Part shown: one piece after another, positions 1 to 14,277 of the stretch
Numbering within the stretch: the stretch's first letter is position 1
How the letters are laid out: every line of letters starts with the position of its first letter
Assembly (NCBI GenBank): GCA_964016885.1
Contig: OZ024743.1
Coordinates: 15,748,001-15,812,000 of the forward strand
DNA: 64,000 bases
Origin: Eledone cirrhosa
Taxonomy: Eukaryota
Direction of reading: 5' to 3'
Position numbers and translations under genes: made by a program
Notes under the pieces: model-generated
What the model saw: the letters and a program-made list of their open reading frames with translations, nothing else
Databases searched by the model: none
What the model was told of the DNA's origin: nothing

Positions 1-861
1 AAAGCCTCTTTATATTGATTTTGTTTCTAATTTTCTCTGTAGAGCTATCATGTTTTAGGAATTCCCACGATGGGCTTCTAGTTTACATATTGGTAAAAAG
101 AGGGGCAATATTAGATAGGATGGCAATACATTAAAAATAATTATTCTCATAAGTGAGATTGATCAAGCAACCTAATCAGGTTTTAATACGTTATTCAAAA
201 TATGAGTGAGGTAATGACTATAATCTTTGTGGGTCTTCTCAGATGTGTGAGATGAAGTTAATTGTTCAAAAAAGTAACAAATGGGCAGAGCAGGAAATCC
301 AATTTCTATATGGTTATAATATCAATGAGGAAATGTTTGAATGCAGACAATATTTTTAGTTGTGAAATGATTATGCCATTTGAGCCAACAGAACAGATTT
401 TATTTAATCACTGAAGCTGCTTCTAAAATATACCCTACTGTCATAAAAGGAAAATGAATAAGGATACATTTAATAAAGTAGTCCTGCATATAAAAAAGAG
501 TGATTTGTCAACAATGGGACACCTTTGACCATATGTTTGCTAGACCTCAGTGGAGCTATATGAAACAACAATAACTATTTTCCATTAAATAATTATAATA
601 GTGAAATAATCTGAGCAAGTGGAAGCTGTCTTCATAGTAAAACAGGAGTGACAGGCAACATGTGTCTAACATCTCATATTTGTCCAATATCCTACTAAAT
701 CAAATATTTTTCTTTCTCAGTTTAATTTCTAATGACAAAGGAAAATAAATATTAAATTGATTATTATTACTATTATTTTTTTTTCTCTGAAATACCAGTA
801 TACATTAAACCATTTAGCATTCTTTTACTAGTTTCTAACCAGCTCCAAAGCACAACAGCTT

Positions 862-912
862 TAACCCATGCTAGCATGGGAAAAAGGATGTTAAACGGTG
901 ATGATGATGATG
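862..912 (+). mobile_element. 3' tail remnant of RTE LINE or RTE-tailed SINE
   Basis: AACCCATGCTAGCATGG...AAACGG(TGA)n; the same tail occurs inverted at about 6235, 10640 and 53845. Confidence 0.55.
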
Positions 913-1454
913 AATGATGCTAGTATTTTATTAAGATAAGGGAGGTTAATGTGCCTATAAGGGTACCTGTTATGCCAATGAAGGAGCCTTTGATACAGTT
1001 TGTAAAATATATCCAAATCCAAGCAACATCTTAAATATAGATGTATTTAAAATGATATACAAAGATATGGGTTGGTTATGGCTGAACTGCCTTTGATCAT
1101 ACTAAATCTGCTTTATTAGTGTTGAATTATTGCCAACCAAATGCAAACAAATTTTTGTTTCTTTGTCAGACAAAAATATCAATTATATGGACTACACTCA
1201 ACATGTGTCAAATCATTCACTTCAATGAAAGTCATAAATCTTTTTTTAAATGATGGATTAAGAATAGATTAAGGAACCTCATAATGTACATTTTAACTCC
1301 ATGAAAGGACCTTTGTTCAAAACTGTAAACTAAGGAAATATATCATTAATTACACACGTCCCTAGATGAACATTTACAGTGAATATCTATACTTCCCTTT
1401 TTCACCTATTTGCTGTTTGAAGTTAGATGTCTGTTGAGAAAACAATGTGGATAT

Positions 1455-2050
1455 TTCTTCTTGCTTGCTCGAACTGTTAGAAATAGCAGTCTGTTCTTCT
1501 GAAGGTGTTGCTTGTTTTTGTTATCTATCTATATTGTATCCAGTACTCTGTTACCTGATGTGTCCTTCTTTTAAGATATTAGTGTATGATTTAATGGATA
1601 TTTTTCTGTTGCATTAAGTGACCACAGGGAGGCTCACTTGCTAAAATGCACTTTGTGTCTGACATGATAATATTAAGGCAACGTTTCTTGCTTTTATGAA
1701 GATGGAGCAAGTAGTGTATTATTCCATCCAATCCCTTCTGGTTAATGTGCCTCTCATCTTCACATCATACCAACACACTCTCTCTTAATAACCCTTTACA
1801 GTAAACACTTTTCTGAAACCATTTATACACAGAACTCACTATAATCGCTCTTGGTCCACATTGCTGTTTAGCCACAACTCTCAATGGGCAAAAGGATGAT
1901 GAAAGGCATTCTAAATTTAAAAATCAATACAAGTTTGTTTAAGCAGATGTAGGACTTGGTTAGATAATTAGTACTTTCTGTTTATAATATAGAAAGGTAT
2001 AAATTGAAGATTTGGCTGCTATTTCTAACAAGTCGAGTAAGCATGAAGAA
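1455..2050. repeat. Degenerate inverted pair of an old interspersed repeat (MITE-like)
   Basis: 1455-1490 is approximately the reverse complement of 2013-2050; the GGCTGCTATTTCTA motif recurs near 10285, 11882 and 12222. Confidence 0.45.
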
Positions 2051-3490
2051 AGATCCACATTATTTTCTCAACAGACATCAAAACGTCAGAAGTTCTAACA
2101 GAAAACTGTCAATTGCATTCACCTTATTTGAAAGGGTTTGATGAAGTTACATCACTGTCCCCTGTTTATTCTGAAACAAAGATTTATAGCATAGGTCTGA
2201 CAACCAAGAGTCAGCGATAATGAACATTTGAATAGTTCTCCATTAAACTAGTATGCAAAATATTGACTCAGGAAGAATGAAATGAAAATTTAATGGTGTG
2301 GTAATTTGAACTTACAACATAAATGTATGCCACTAACTAAAGCAAGACATTTTGCATATTGCTCTCCTAATTTTACAAATTAACTGCCCACTCTTGAAAG
2401 AAATAATTATAGGAAAAAGGTCCTTGAAAACCCCCCAAAATAATCACTGTAGCAAGTGTTGTATAAAGAGGCCCTAATAATATTCAGATAGCAACAACCC
2501 CAAAATTTGCTTGGTATAACCAATACGTTTTAACTATAATCAAAGCAATAAGTGCAGAATCTTGGTCTTCAAACAATTATGGAAGGAAGGGAAAAGTTAT
2601 CATTATACTCGAGACCTGACATAAATGTTTGGAACAGAATGGACCTCACTAAAAACATCTTGGAAATGGAATAAGTTCATTATTCAACTTTTCAACATAA
2701 GACTTTCATTGAACTGAGGTTATGTTTGAGGACAATTGCCCAAGCTGCTATTCAATGGGATTGAAAACAAATCCATGTAGTTTTAAAACAAAAGTCCAAC
2801 TAACACAACTATGTCTGGTCCAAGAGATAACAACTAACAATATCAGTATAGCTATAGGTTTTGAAGTTAGGGAAAATAGTAGAAATATAGTATGCAGAAT
2901 GTATCGGCTAATGTGAAAATAACAAATAAAAAGAAATTAAAGCAAATTCCTTGAGATTCACAACAGGAGATCATCCATAAACTTTCTCACTAACAAATTC
3001 TTCAATCATTGTTTGTTAAAAATGTGTGTTGCGATCATTAGAAATTATATAGATATAGTATTATTCTTTTCTAGTTATATCAGTGAAATGATTTGAATTT
3101 TTGACACTGTTTGAACTGTTCTCATTAATTTGAATATTGAAGTAATAAACACTTTATTCCTATTTGTGAATTAACTTTCTTCTGGAATTTTCAACAAATA
3201 ATTAAGGATGCCAAAATGTAGCTTTCGTTGTGCACATGAAAATATAGGACTGATCCCTGGCAAAAATAGTAGGACACTAGATTAAATGACTCAATATATT
3301 TTGCAATCCTCTGATTTCAGTTCAAATGCTTTAAAATTTAACTTCAACGTTAAACAATCTAGGTTTGTTGTTGTTTAGCTCAAAATTAATTATGATTAAG
3401 CAGACCTAAGATCAACAACACTCAGAACATGATCTTACGTTTATATTCTTTCATATAACATGCAACATGGACTACATTATTAAATATATT

Positions 3491-3652
3491 CGGACACCAT
3501 GCTTTGAAGCATAGAGTTACGTCCCTTTATGATCTGAGTTCAAATCCTGCCGAGGTTAACTTTGCCTTTATCCTTACGAGGTTGATAAAATAAAGTACCA
3601 GTAATGTACTCGGTAATTGCTAGCCTTGTGCCAAAAAATAGAAATAATTATT
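3491..3652 (+). mobile_element. tRNA-derived SINE (family A), 5' truncated
   Basis: B box GAGTTCAAATCC and core CTTTGCCTTT.ATCCTT..G.GGT.GATAAAATAAAGTACCAG shared with at least 7 other copies. Confidence 0.85.
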
Positions 3653-6231
3653 AAATATATTCCTTAAGATGGAGATTTTATTTCTAGAAGATTGATCAAC
3701 AATGTGGAAAGATTCCCTCAATGACTTGCTCCCAGCCCAAAGTTGATAACGTATGTCTTTATTGTCATTGTTGACGTTTAGTCCTCTATCAACACTGATA
3801 AAGCAAAACTTGGATCAAAGAATTTCCATCCATGACCATCCTATTTTTCTTTAGATATAATTTTGTTATCTTATGTTCATTGACCTGGTGGTGGGATGTG
3901 GTTTGAGGATGAAATCCTACTGATTTCCAGCCGACTATGTGATCACTTAGAATCCCTCCTCTGTTTTTAACCCACATATACATCAACTATTTACTAGAAA
4001 TGCATGGACTTGTGCTAAAGTAAGAATGTAATTTAATAGTTATTCTGTAAAATCCTAGACTCCTTTTACAATGATATAGAATAAAACATACTTTATTACT
4101 ATAAAACAGGTTCTCTCAAATAAAGTTATTTTTGTCATCAAATCCAATTATTGTTCAACAATCATACTCTCTGTCAATTGAAGTTCAAACAATTTATGGA
4201 TATTTCACATCATTTCTTGTCAGCTTGTGCAAAGATTAATATGACTCACATTGTTTAAAGCAACAATAAAAGCTGAAATCTAAAGATTTTTCAGATGATA
4301 AAAGTGATAAAAGAATTAATTTAATAGAGAAATTAATCCAGTGAAATATTTTATTTTTTAAATCTTGAAATGAATTTTTAAAAAAATTTTGAACAGCAGA
4401 TTAAAAATGTTATCAATCAAAAGAAAAACAAAACAAACAAAAGCAATTCATCTTAATGTATATACATAAAGGATTGGAAATAAAATGAATTATCTTGCGA
4501 GGCAAGTAATAGCTGGAAGTATAGAATGATAAATTTAGAAATTCTCTCAAAGAGATGGAATAGATAAATAATGATAATGATACAATGATAATAGTAATAA
4601 CAGCAATAATGATAATAACAGTAACATTGATTAAAATAAAGTAGATGTGCTGTGTTTGTGTCTGTGAGTGTGTATGAAAAAATATATTGTAACAATGTTT
4701 TTTGAAAAAAAAAAATTCTATTATTATTACAAATTGTTATTTATACAAGAAGCGATATTTTCTCAGAAACAGGATATGAATGCTAATGATGTGATATTTA
4801 ATGTTTACAACACTGATATCTGGTAAATTAGCATCCATGAATATTCATTGGTATTTACAATTGGGAATACAAGGAAAAGAGAGGAAAAAAGTGTGAGGAA
4901 AATTCACCCCACCTCCAATAATATATTCTTCATTGATTATAACCTCCTTTGTTTTTGTCGTTTTCATTTTCAGGATTTTATAGTATTTTATTATATTGGT
5001 TTTATTTTGTTTCATCAGATTTCAAAATGAACATTGTATGTGGGCATTGAAAAGATTATAACGTTATCATGTTTACTGCTTTTTGTTTCTTTTTATTACT
5101 TCTATTTATAATCCTCTTTTTTTTTTCTTCATTTGCTACACCATTAAACCATTAAGCATAATATTAAGCATTACAAAACTGTTTTCCTCTTACCCTTTAA
5201 AATAATTTTATAAAAGACTAATATGGTAATCAGAGTATAAGTGTAAGTCACATTTTAAGATATCAGTAACCTCTGACTAAAGATATCTCAAAGTAATGAA
5301 TATCAAACGATAAAAATAACTGAAAGCAGAGAGAGGGAGGAACATAATTTACTGAGCATACAATAAAGTATTGCTTATCTACTATTGGGTTAAAGGCTAG
5401 CAATATATTATATATTAGAACACAAAGGCACATGCGCGATGCTGAACCATGCCTAGATGCATGAATGATGTAAGTATCTCTTTCTAGATGGGTTTTATGA
5501 AAAACCCTCTAAGTTCAAACTTAAAAACAACAGTTGAATAAACAAAGATTATGAGTATAAACAGAATTCCAGTCTTATGGAAAGTGATAGTACACCATTA
5601 TCTGCATGCTGGAACAGCTATTGAATTGATATGTCTTCTCTTGGTTCCTTCTACCGCTGCTGAAATGATTCCAGTCCCTTGAAATTGTTAGGTGCAGTTC
5701 ATGAAAATGCATCTAATTATATTCCCCTCATCATCCAGGATCAAACCATTTACTGAATATCCTCTCTCAGGATCTGCAATACTCTGCAACTTTCATCCCA
5801 TATTTCACCAAGAGGCTTCAGTTCACAAAATCTCAAGCTGAATATTAATTTCATTGATTACATTAATCTGATCAGGTTTAAAAAGAGGATATAAGCACTG
5901 TCTCTTATACTTGATCTAATAAAGTATTTTTCACATTAACAACATTCTTAAAGGATATGTATAGTTGACCAATTCTCCTCAAGTATATTAGTAGTACTTA
6001 TTTCATTGATCCAGAATGATGAAAACTAATGTTACTTCTAGGATGTGAGCATTTAAAGTGAGAAAGTTAAAGGACATAACAAGACATTTAGTCCGGCTCT
6101 CTCTTAAATAGGTACAGGATGGTATATATTCTATGAAATAAAATGAGACATATAGAAACTCACAACTAAAGTCTTTCATTTTCATATCCTATCACAGGCT
6201 TAATTGTGATAACAAATATGTTTAACTTGAG

Positions 6232-6430
6232 AGTCATCATCATCATTATCATCGGATTTAGGTGCATTTTTCCATGCTTGCATGGGTTGGACAGGTCCTT
6301 CTCAGCACGGCATCGCTCCACTCATCGTATTCCTTTGTTATCTCCTCTGTGAGTCTTAGGGATTTGAGGCTAGCTCATTCTGCCTAGGTCTTTCCCAGTC
6401 TTCCTCTACTGTGGATGTTCTGGCCTTTCT
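6232..6430 (-). mobile_element. RTE LINE 3' end remnant
   Basis: Homologous to 10640-10880; (CAT)n tail; decayed RGRPGK-like coding on the minus strand. Confidence 0.7.
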
Positions 6431-8306
6431 TCATCCAGCATATGCAGCATCGGTGCCACGTAAGCAGAAAAAACATCCCAAAAGTGCAGCAGTCTGTCTT
6501 GCCAGAAAAGAACGTTGTAATGCTGAACGTGAGTACAAACTACATATATCAGATATCAATAGGAAGAGGCGAAATAAATCATCCAACCATCTCAAACAGG
6601 TGACAAAAAAGGCAGTGCTTCAATTTGAACAGCGCATAGCAACCAGCCCTGACAGTAAGGTGTTCTGGAAGTATGTTCACTCAAAGCAGAGGCCTCACTC
6701 TCCAGTTGGTCCTCTTCGCAATCCCCACACAAGCCAGGCTACTGACGACCCCAAGGAATGCGCAGAGCTCATTGCTGAATGCTATGCAGGCATTTTCACT
6801 ATTGAAGACCAGAGTGTACCGGCTCCACCACCTATGACACCGGATACTATTACAACCATGGAATTTACACCTGCAATGCTGCGATGTCACCTTAAAAATA
6901 AACGCAACCATGCCTCTTCTGGTCTTGATGTTGTTATGTACCTGCTTCTCAAACGTGGTGGGTACTTCCTTCTGCACCAGCTCTCACTCTTCTTCCAATT
7001 CTGCCGGAACAACGGTGCTACTCCAGAACAGTGGAAAACTGCCAGTGTCAATCCTCTGTTCAAAAAGGGTGACCGCACATCACCTGTGAACTATCGTCCA
7101 GCCAGTCTAACTAGCTGCATTGCTAAACTGATGGAATCCTGTGTTAGAGAAACACTTTGGAACTTCTGGATCTCTCACAGTCATATCCGGCCCTCGCAAT
7201 TCGGATTTATCCCTAACTCCAGTTGCTGTGAACAACTTATCGAGTTTCTTGAAGACATCACTGATGGTAGCTCATTGGTGGATGTTGTTTACCTTGACTT
7301 TGCTAAAGCTTTCAATTCTGTGCCACACAAAAAGCTTATGGCAAAACTCTCTGCACAGGGTGTGAAGGATGATCTTTTTAACTGGTTGAAGTCCTTCATT
7401 CTCAGTCGAAGAGAGGTAGTCACAGTTCTGCCACATCATTCCTTACCATATGAGATGTCATCTGGTGTCCCACAGGGATCTGTTCTTGGCCCCCTTTTGT
7501 TTGTGGCATATATTAATGACATATATGCCAACTTAAAGAATGCCACAGTACTGAAATATGCAGATGACATCAAGCTGTACCTTGAGATAAAAAGGACAGA
7601 TCCTGAACACTATAGATCTTGCCTGCAATCTGACCTGGACACAATGCAACAATGGATCACAGACTGGCAACTAGCTGTGGACAGGTGCATCACCATGCAT
7701 TTTGGGAGTAAAAACCCAGCGTCCACATACTCCCTCCACAACACTAATATCAAGAAGTCTTCTTGTGAACGTGACCTGGGCATTACAGTCAGCAGCGATT
7801 TGTGTTGGACGAAGCACATCTCTAAAATTGTCAAGAAGGCCGAGGGTGTCTTAGCATCACTCAGCAAGACCTTTGTCAGCCATTCTCCAGCTATCTATTT
7901 AAAGCTGTACATTGCTATGGTGCGGCCACACTTAGAATTTGCATCACCAGTCTGGAACCCCTATCTTGCTCAGAACATTCAATGCCTGGAAACTGTTCAG
8001 AGTCGTGGAACCAAGCGAATACCCTCCATCAGGCATCTACCATACTCTGAATGCCTTGCTTCCCTGGGCATGGATACATTGAAGCTCCGACGTCTGGCAA
8101 CTGACTTGGTAAACACCCACAAAATTATTAACCATCTTGCCAACAACAACCCTCAGTACCTTTTTGATTTCCATGTGTCTAACACATATGGGCATGCCAA
8201 CAAAGTCAGAAAACAGCACAGTTCCCATGACTTTCGGAAACATTTTTCACGCTCAGAGTTGCTGAAGCATGGAACAAACTACCTGCATCAGTTGTTAGCT
8301 GTCTAA
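6411..8306 (+). CDS. CR1-clade LINE ORF2 reverse transcriptase, 5' truncated (no endonuclease domain)
   Basis: Motifs PLFKKGDR, NYRP.SLTS, VDVVYLDFAKAF, SGVPQGSVLGPLLF, YADD, ERDLGI, VRPHLEFA..VWNP; the first codons run into the adjacent RTE remnant; probable frameshift near the C-terminus. Confidence 0.92.
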   Translation: MDVLAFLHPAYAASVPRKQKKHPKSAAVCLARKERCNAEREYKLHISDINRKRRNKSSNHLKQVTKKAVLQFEQRIATSPDSKVFWKYVHSKQRPHSPVGPLRNPHTSQATDDPKECAELIAECYAGIFTIEDQSVPAPPPMTPDTITTMEFTPAMLRCHLKNKRNHASSGLDVVMYLLLKRGGYFLLHQLSLFFQFCRNNGATPEQWKTASVNPLFKKGDRTSPVNYRPASLTSCIAKLMESCVRETLWNFWISHSHIRPSQFGFIPNSSCCEQLIEFLEDITDGSSLVDVVYLDFAKAFNSVPHKKLMAKLSAQGVKDDLFNWLKSFILSRREVVTVLPHHSLPYEMSSGVPQGSVLGPLLFVAYINDIYANLKNATVLKYADDIKLYLEIKRTDPEHYRSCLQSDLDTMQQWITDWQLAVDRCITMHFGSKNPASTYSLHNTNIKKSSCERDLGITVSSDLCWTKHISKIVKKAEGVLASLSKTFVSHSPAIYLKLYIAMVRPHLEFASPVWNPYLAQNIQCLETVQSRGTKRIPSIRHLPYSECLASLGMDTLKLRRLATDLVNTHKIINHLANNNPQYLFDFHVSNTYGHANKVRKQHSSHDFRKHFSRSELLKHGTNYLHQLLAV

Positions 8307-8517
8307 ACACTGCATCCTTTAAAACCTCCATGCTTCCTGAGATTCTCCAACACTACACCTAATATTCCCCCTCCATACACATACACACATGTATATCATG
8401 ACTCATACACTATTCACTTCCCTGACATTTGTATATTATTCTATGTACTATACATGCACCTTTGACGATTTGTAGTGCACCTGAGCACTGTACACAATAA
8501 TTTCATCATTATTATTA
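6445..8517 (+). mobile_element. CR1-type LINE insertion with 3' UTR and (ATT)n tail
   Basis: GC-richer block containing the RT ORF and ending in CATCATTATTATTAT. Confidence 0.85.
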
Positions 8518-9763
8518 TATGAGAAAATAATATATAACAAAAAGAAGCTGCCTCTAATATTGAATTGTTAGGTAGTAAAGATATGCTTTGTTGAGTGAAT
8601 TATGCAACATATAGAGAGGAGTACAAGACACTAACAAGAGCACAACATAGGTATTTAGATAAGTGTAGATAAGTAACTCTGATATAAGTCTAAGTAAAAA
8701 AAGAATATATGCATGGAATATTTGTAAAAGAAAGTGAGATGCATTAATGGAGACAGTTTGAAAATATGAAAATATTGCTGTGGTATGGATTTAAACGTAA
8801 TTATGCCATCCTATATAATTGGCTTAGAATCAATGAAGTAGCAAATGAAATAGGCTACTACAGTTTTAATTCCAATATTACTCATAGCAGATATCCAGTA
8901 CAATATTTGGTTTGTAGTTTTCAAATGTATTTGTCCTTGAAAAACTGAAGAGATTTAAAAATCAATGTGTAGGACTTCAACTTCAGAAAAATAGACCAGA
9001 GGAAAATAATATACTATAAAATGCATGACATAAGTCAGTTCCCTCTTCAGAAAGCGTGACTAAAATTTCACAAGAATAGAGTAAAACTAAAGTTTAAAAG
9101 TTTACTAAGATTCAAACCTTATTATTTAGAAGCAAATAAAAACAAACGTATTCCCCAAAGAATAGTTTTGAAGAAATAGATATAATGTAAATATATAGGA
9201 AATATGATTTGAAGATTTTAGAAATTATGACAATAATCTATAACTTCAAAGAGATAGAATGAACAAATAGAAAGGCACTTACTTACAACTAATATCATTT
9301 TTTCTTCACAATTTTGGAAAGGTTTTTATACATCAATTGATAGTCTTTTAAAGTCTCACAAAAACATTCTTATCAAACTAGATGAAAGTCTTTAATAAAA
9401 TGAGTCAGAAAATGTTCACAACCCATCTGAAAACAATATCTACAACAAAGAAGCCTCTGCTCGAATTATTAGTCACATTTTTTTCACATTACACCCTACC
9501 AGGTAAAAGAAAGAGTAGTACAAATTACATAATAAACTTCTATTCTCAATGAAACAATGGATTGATCATAGTTTGAATGCCTCTGAGGTCTGCTGAAGCA
9601 AGACTGACCAAAATAACAATACTCTAAATCAGAGGTTCTGAAAGTGGACGTTTCTGCACCCCAGGGGGTGTTGAAAAGGTTCAGTGGGGCTCTGGTGCCT
9701 AAGGGGGTGGTAGATATGATATAATTGTTTCTATGTTTGTCACAAGGCGAGCCATCACCCCAG

Positions 9764-9838
9764 TGCATTACTGGTACTTTATTTTATCGACCCCCGTAAG
9801 GATGAAAGGAAAAGTTAACCTCGGCAGGATTTGAACTT
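9764..9838 (-). mobile_element. SINE family A fragment
   Basis: Reverse complement of the core and B box. Confidence 0.75.
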
Positions 9839-9933
9839 ATAATAGTATATTAAATATCAAATGATACATATTATATGTAAATATAGTAAAATAAAAATAT
9901 ATAATATTTTTTTATACATAGTATATATTATAT

Positions 9934-10121
9934 TGGTGGATTGGCAGTATCGGTAGAGAGTCGGACGCCATGCTTACTAGCTTAGTTACGTCCCTTTACA
10001 GACTGAGTTCAAATCCCACCGAGGTTAACTTTGCATTTCATCCTTACGGGGGTCGTTAAAATAAAGTACCAGTAATGTACTGGGTAATTGCTGGCCTTGT
10101 GCCAAATGTAGAAACAATTAT
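9934..10121 (+). mobile_element. SINE family A, full length
   Basis: A box TGGCAGTATCGG, B box GAGTTCAAATCC, conserved core resembling the Nin/Deu-type domain, ATT tail. Confidence 0.9.
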
Positions 10122-10639
10122 TTATTATATATAAATTATGTATAAATTAACGATTTTAGTTATTATATTTTATTTATAATTTATGTGTAGGCAGACCTCT
10201 CTGGAAGTAGGGGTGTGAGTGCTGAGGGTGCTGGTGACCAAACGGTTTGAGAACCTCTGCTCTATGTCATAGGCCTACCTGCTGGAAATAGCAGCCAACT
10301 CTTCTTCTTAACACTCACTTATCACTCAGTTTTAAAAAAGGAAAGTTACCCTAAAAACAATGTGATGGCTATGCCTTTGATCCCAAACCTGCATAATAGG
10401 TGTTGATCAGGAGTTATTCAGTAACAACACTAATGTATATATATCAGATATACATGGTAGAGGATCATTCACAGAAAATCAAATACTCATCTGTTTATAT
10501 ATATTAAACATGACAATACGTACCTTTGAATACTAAGAGGTGTGAAAGGCATAATGTTCTGACTAGAACAACCAAGATGAGGACACTAGTTCAGGCATAT
10601 TAGTATATAGTAATTCCCTGTCTTGGAAATTCAAATAAA

Positions 10640-10885
10640 AATCATCATCATTATTTTGCGTCCATTGTTCCATGCTTTTATGGGTTGGATGATTGCTCCT
10701 CAGTACAGCCTCTCTCAACTTGTTGATTTCCTTTGTCATCTCCTCTGTGAGCTTCAGTGATTTGAGATCAGCTCTCACCACTTCCATCCAGGTCTTCCTA
10801 GGTCTTCCTCTACTGTGGCCTCCTTCCACTGAGATTATTTGGCACTTCTTCAGCCAGCAATCATTGTCCAGGTGATGTCCTCTAC
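10640..10885 (-). mobile_element. RTE LINE 3' end
   Basis: Peptide EGGHSRGRPRKTWMEVVRADLKSLKL and (TGA)n tail. Confidence 0.85.
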
Positions 10886-11429
10886 TTCTTTTCTACATAT
10901 CGATCAAAGCCACTTCCTTTTTGAGATTGGTGCTCCATCTTCGCTCCTACTTATTAACATTCCAGTTTGCGCCAAATGTGCTCAAGACCATTTTGATTCT
11001 AAATTTTGTTTCCACAGCCAGAATTTATTCTCTAATTCTTCTACAGATTCAACTGTGAAGACCATATCATAGAGAACATTTCATGGGTAACCGGTCTCAA
11101 AATCCTCTGTTATAGACTACAGAACTAGGATAAACAGAAGTGGGTGTTTCAGATGTTCAACATTCTCTGCTATGAATAATATACAATGTTTGGAATTTAC
11201 ATCACCATAAAACTTTCCTTTATGCATAGGAACCATTACTGGGGTTATTGTGAGTAGGTTATTATATTAAATGCAGAAAAACAAGTGCAGTTTGCCCCTA
11301 TTTATGAATCCAGGTTAAAAGCCGATGCTGCAAACAAAGCTACCAAAACAGCAGTTAAAAATCAATGCACACAAGAGATTATGCCCACTTTTGGAATGTC
11401 ACCAGATTAGTAATAGTTGCCTATGAATC

Positions 11430-11575
11430 CACACCTGTACTAAACTGGTTCCTTATTTTATTGACCACAGAAAGATGAAAGACAAAATTAATCTCAGAAG
11501 AATTTGAACTCAGACTGTAAAAGGTTATAATGAAATATTGCAGGAATTTTCCTTAATGCTCTTATGATTCTGCCA
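11430..11575 (-). mobile_element. Old diverged SINE family A relative
   Basis: CTGG..CTTATTTTATTGACC..AGAAAGATGAAAG...ATTTGAACTCAG. Confidence 0.6.
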
Positions 11576-12109
11576 AGATAGGAAGATTAAGATAGCAGTT
11601 AGTAAACTACTACTTGAAATTGAAAGTTGATTATTTTGGTAGACATTTTGACTGATTTTCAGATAAATTTTAAATATACTACTGGCAGTACATGTCTGCA
11701 AATCAACAGCAATTTAGTTGTCTTATTGATGTTGTTTAGAATCAGATCATCTAAGATCGAACAGACCTGTTATCTGAAACATTTCAGATGTGGCCACTCC
11801 ATAAATTTCTTAAACACAACCCACACATTAACCAATGTGTCCTTTTTTAATTCAAGAGTATATGTGTGAATTTAGGGATATTTGGCTACTATTTTTGTAT
11901 GAGATCAAGGAACAACAAGGAGACCTATTTCTTGTGAACATCAAATCTTTTATTTTCAGGTATAGCCTGTCTAGAAATATCTAACCTATTTCAGTGCCTC
12001 AAGGTCTGAGAGGATTTGTTGTTAATAAGATTAATAATAAATATTCAGACTTATTAATCATCCTGTATTTTTATTTTTAGATTATGTAGAAATATATTAT
12101 ACTATGTGT

Positions 12110-12186
12110 TCGGGGTCGATAAAATAAAGTACCAGTAATGTACTGGGAAATTACTGGCCTTGTGCCTAAAGTAGAAACAATTATTA
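12110..12186 (+). mobile_element. SINE family A 3' half
   Basis: GGGGTCGATAAAATAAAGTACCAG...GAAACAATTATT. Confidence 0.8.
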
Positions 12187-13265
12187 GATATGATAGGGTG
12201 TCATTTGAGAAAAAAAACCTGACTGCTGTTTCTAGCTTGTCATGCAGTCAGACATAGGTACCGACACATAGTTATTCATATATCATTTCATATTCAAACA
12301 TCACTTCAGAATATTCGTTGGTAGATATGTATGTTTTTAACATTCAACACTTATAAACGAGTAAGTTTGTAAATAAAAAGAAATTAAAAATTCCCAAATG
12401 AATATTTTTCTTTCTTCTTTTGGTACAAACAGTTTTGTTTGCAAATGTGATTTTGTGGATGTGTGCATATGTTTGAATTCTTACTTTAAAGTAACTTTCC
12501 TGACATCTCAAATGTTCAAAATAACAACAACTTGTCCTCTAGCTAATGATATCAACTCATTGATCTTGCTTGCTTTCTTGCAGATATTCTAGTCTTAGAA
12601 AAGAAAACAAAAGTGAGGAAGAAAATAAAAGTAAGAAGTAGAGTATATGATGATCAGTTCAGTAAAAAGTAAGCCTTTTAAAGAAAAAAAACGGCTTTGC
12701 ATGAATATATATATGTATGTGTTTATGTGTCTGTGTATGTTTCCATGTATGTACATTCCCACATGCCTGTACGAATGTGTTAGAGGAGAGAGAAAGGGAG
12801 ATTGAAAACGTAGAGACTTCAAAAAAGTTGTTCTACATATATAGTTTATGTGGAAAGATTTCGTATTATTTTAAATTTTTATATAGCATTCAACTGATCT
12901 CAAAGTATCAAGAATTTTCTTTCAAATATACTCAGCATAGAATATAGTTTTAATCCAATTTCTTGTTTGCGGTTTAATGAGGTAAACTTTATTTGAAGTG
13001 ATCTCAACTCAACTGAAACAAGATCTGAAAAATCTCATCAGACTTAAATTTATTTAAAAAAATTTTTTAAACTTCATTTGATAGCACATTTTAACTGGTA
13101 GTTTCTTTGTTTGTTAATTCATTATTTGTTTGTCTTTTGTTTAAAAACAACAGAAGATGGAAATATTGATAGATAATTAGATAAGGGAAGGGTGATTTAT
13201 ATTTAAAAAAGTAAAACACTAGAGAACAACAATAAAAAGCAATGAAACAAATATAATTAGGACAT

Positions 13266-13379
<114 letters not shown>

Positions 13380-13382
13380 AAA

Positions 13383-13427
<45 letters not shown>

Positions 13428-13863
13428 CATTTTTGTACATATATAACTATATAATGAAGATATTTTCACATGAAGAAAATTTAAGAAAAAACAAGACAGA
13501 AAACCAAAACGAAAAATCGAGCAAAGAAAACTGAACAGAGTAAATTATCCAAAGCACATTTCAGAAATGCTTGCTTGCAAAGATTTAAAACTAGTTAAAT
13601 TATATTACAAGGTGAAAGTAGAATACAAAGAATGAAGGTATATAAAGAAATAGTAAGACAAATATAACAAAAACAAGAAATATCAAGTCTATGTATCACT
13701 ATTTAATTTTAGTGTAATTTATTTTTCACATTTCTGAAAGTGCTTAAAAAAGGGAATGAAAAATTGTCATTTTAAAGATTTTATAGTTCTTCAGAGGATC
13801 TCAGTAAATATATATATACGTACACACACACAAACATATATATATATATATATATACAATACA

Positions 13864-14143
13864 TTAACAGAGAAAGCCTTAAGCTATACTCTGACTGGCT
13901 ACCATCTCACTCAACAAACATTAGGATATACCTTAGTATAATCCCAATTTTATGTTTGGGGTGCTAACTATATGTATTTTGTGGAAAGCCAGTTGTATTA
14001 TTTTATATGAGATATAATTAAAATTAAAATATATCTCTCTTTCCAAACAATTGTTTCATTATAAGTTTTCTACAAGTTGGGAGAATGTGTCCGGGTTATG
14101 TAGAAGCCTGCATATTTTTCTGTAAGAACATATGCAGGTGGGC
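13864..14143 (-). mobile_element. TA-flanked copy of the 15.1-15.7 kb HHR family (3' half of the HHR only)
   Basis: Diverged direct copy of 15081-15353; GAAA-CAATTG-UU-UGGA on the minus strand. Confidence 0.75.
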
Positions 14144-14277
14144 AATATATATATATTGTTATATTTGGGGATAGTCATTTGCTGAACAATTAGACACACA
14201 CACACATATATATATATATGATGGCTGCCCCCTCGTTATCGAGTATGGCCATTGCACGTTACCATTATTAATAATTA

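Noticed and set aside
9934-10025. tRNA gene suggested by A and B boxes
   Set aside because: No cloverleaf; it is the head of a repeated SINE
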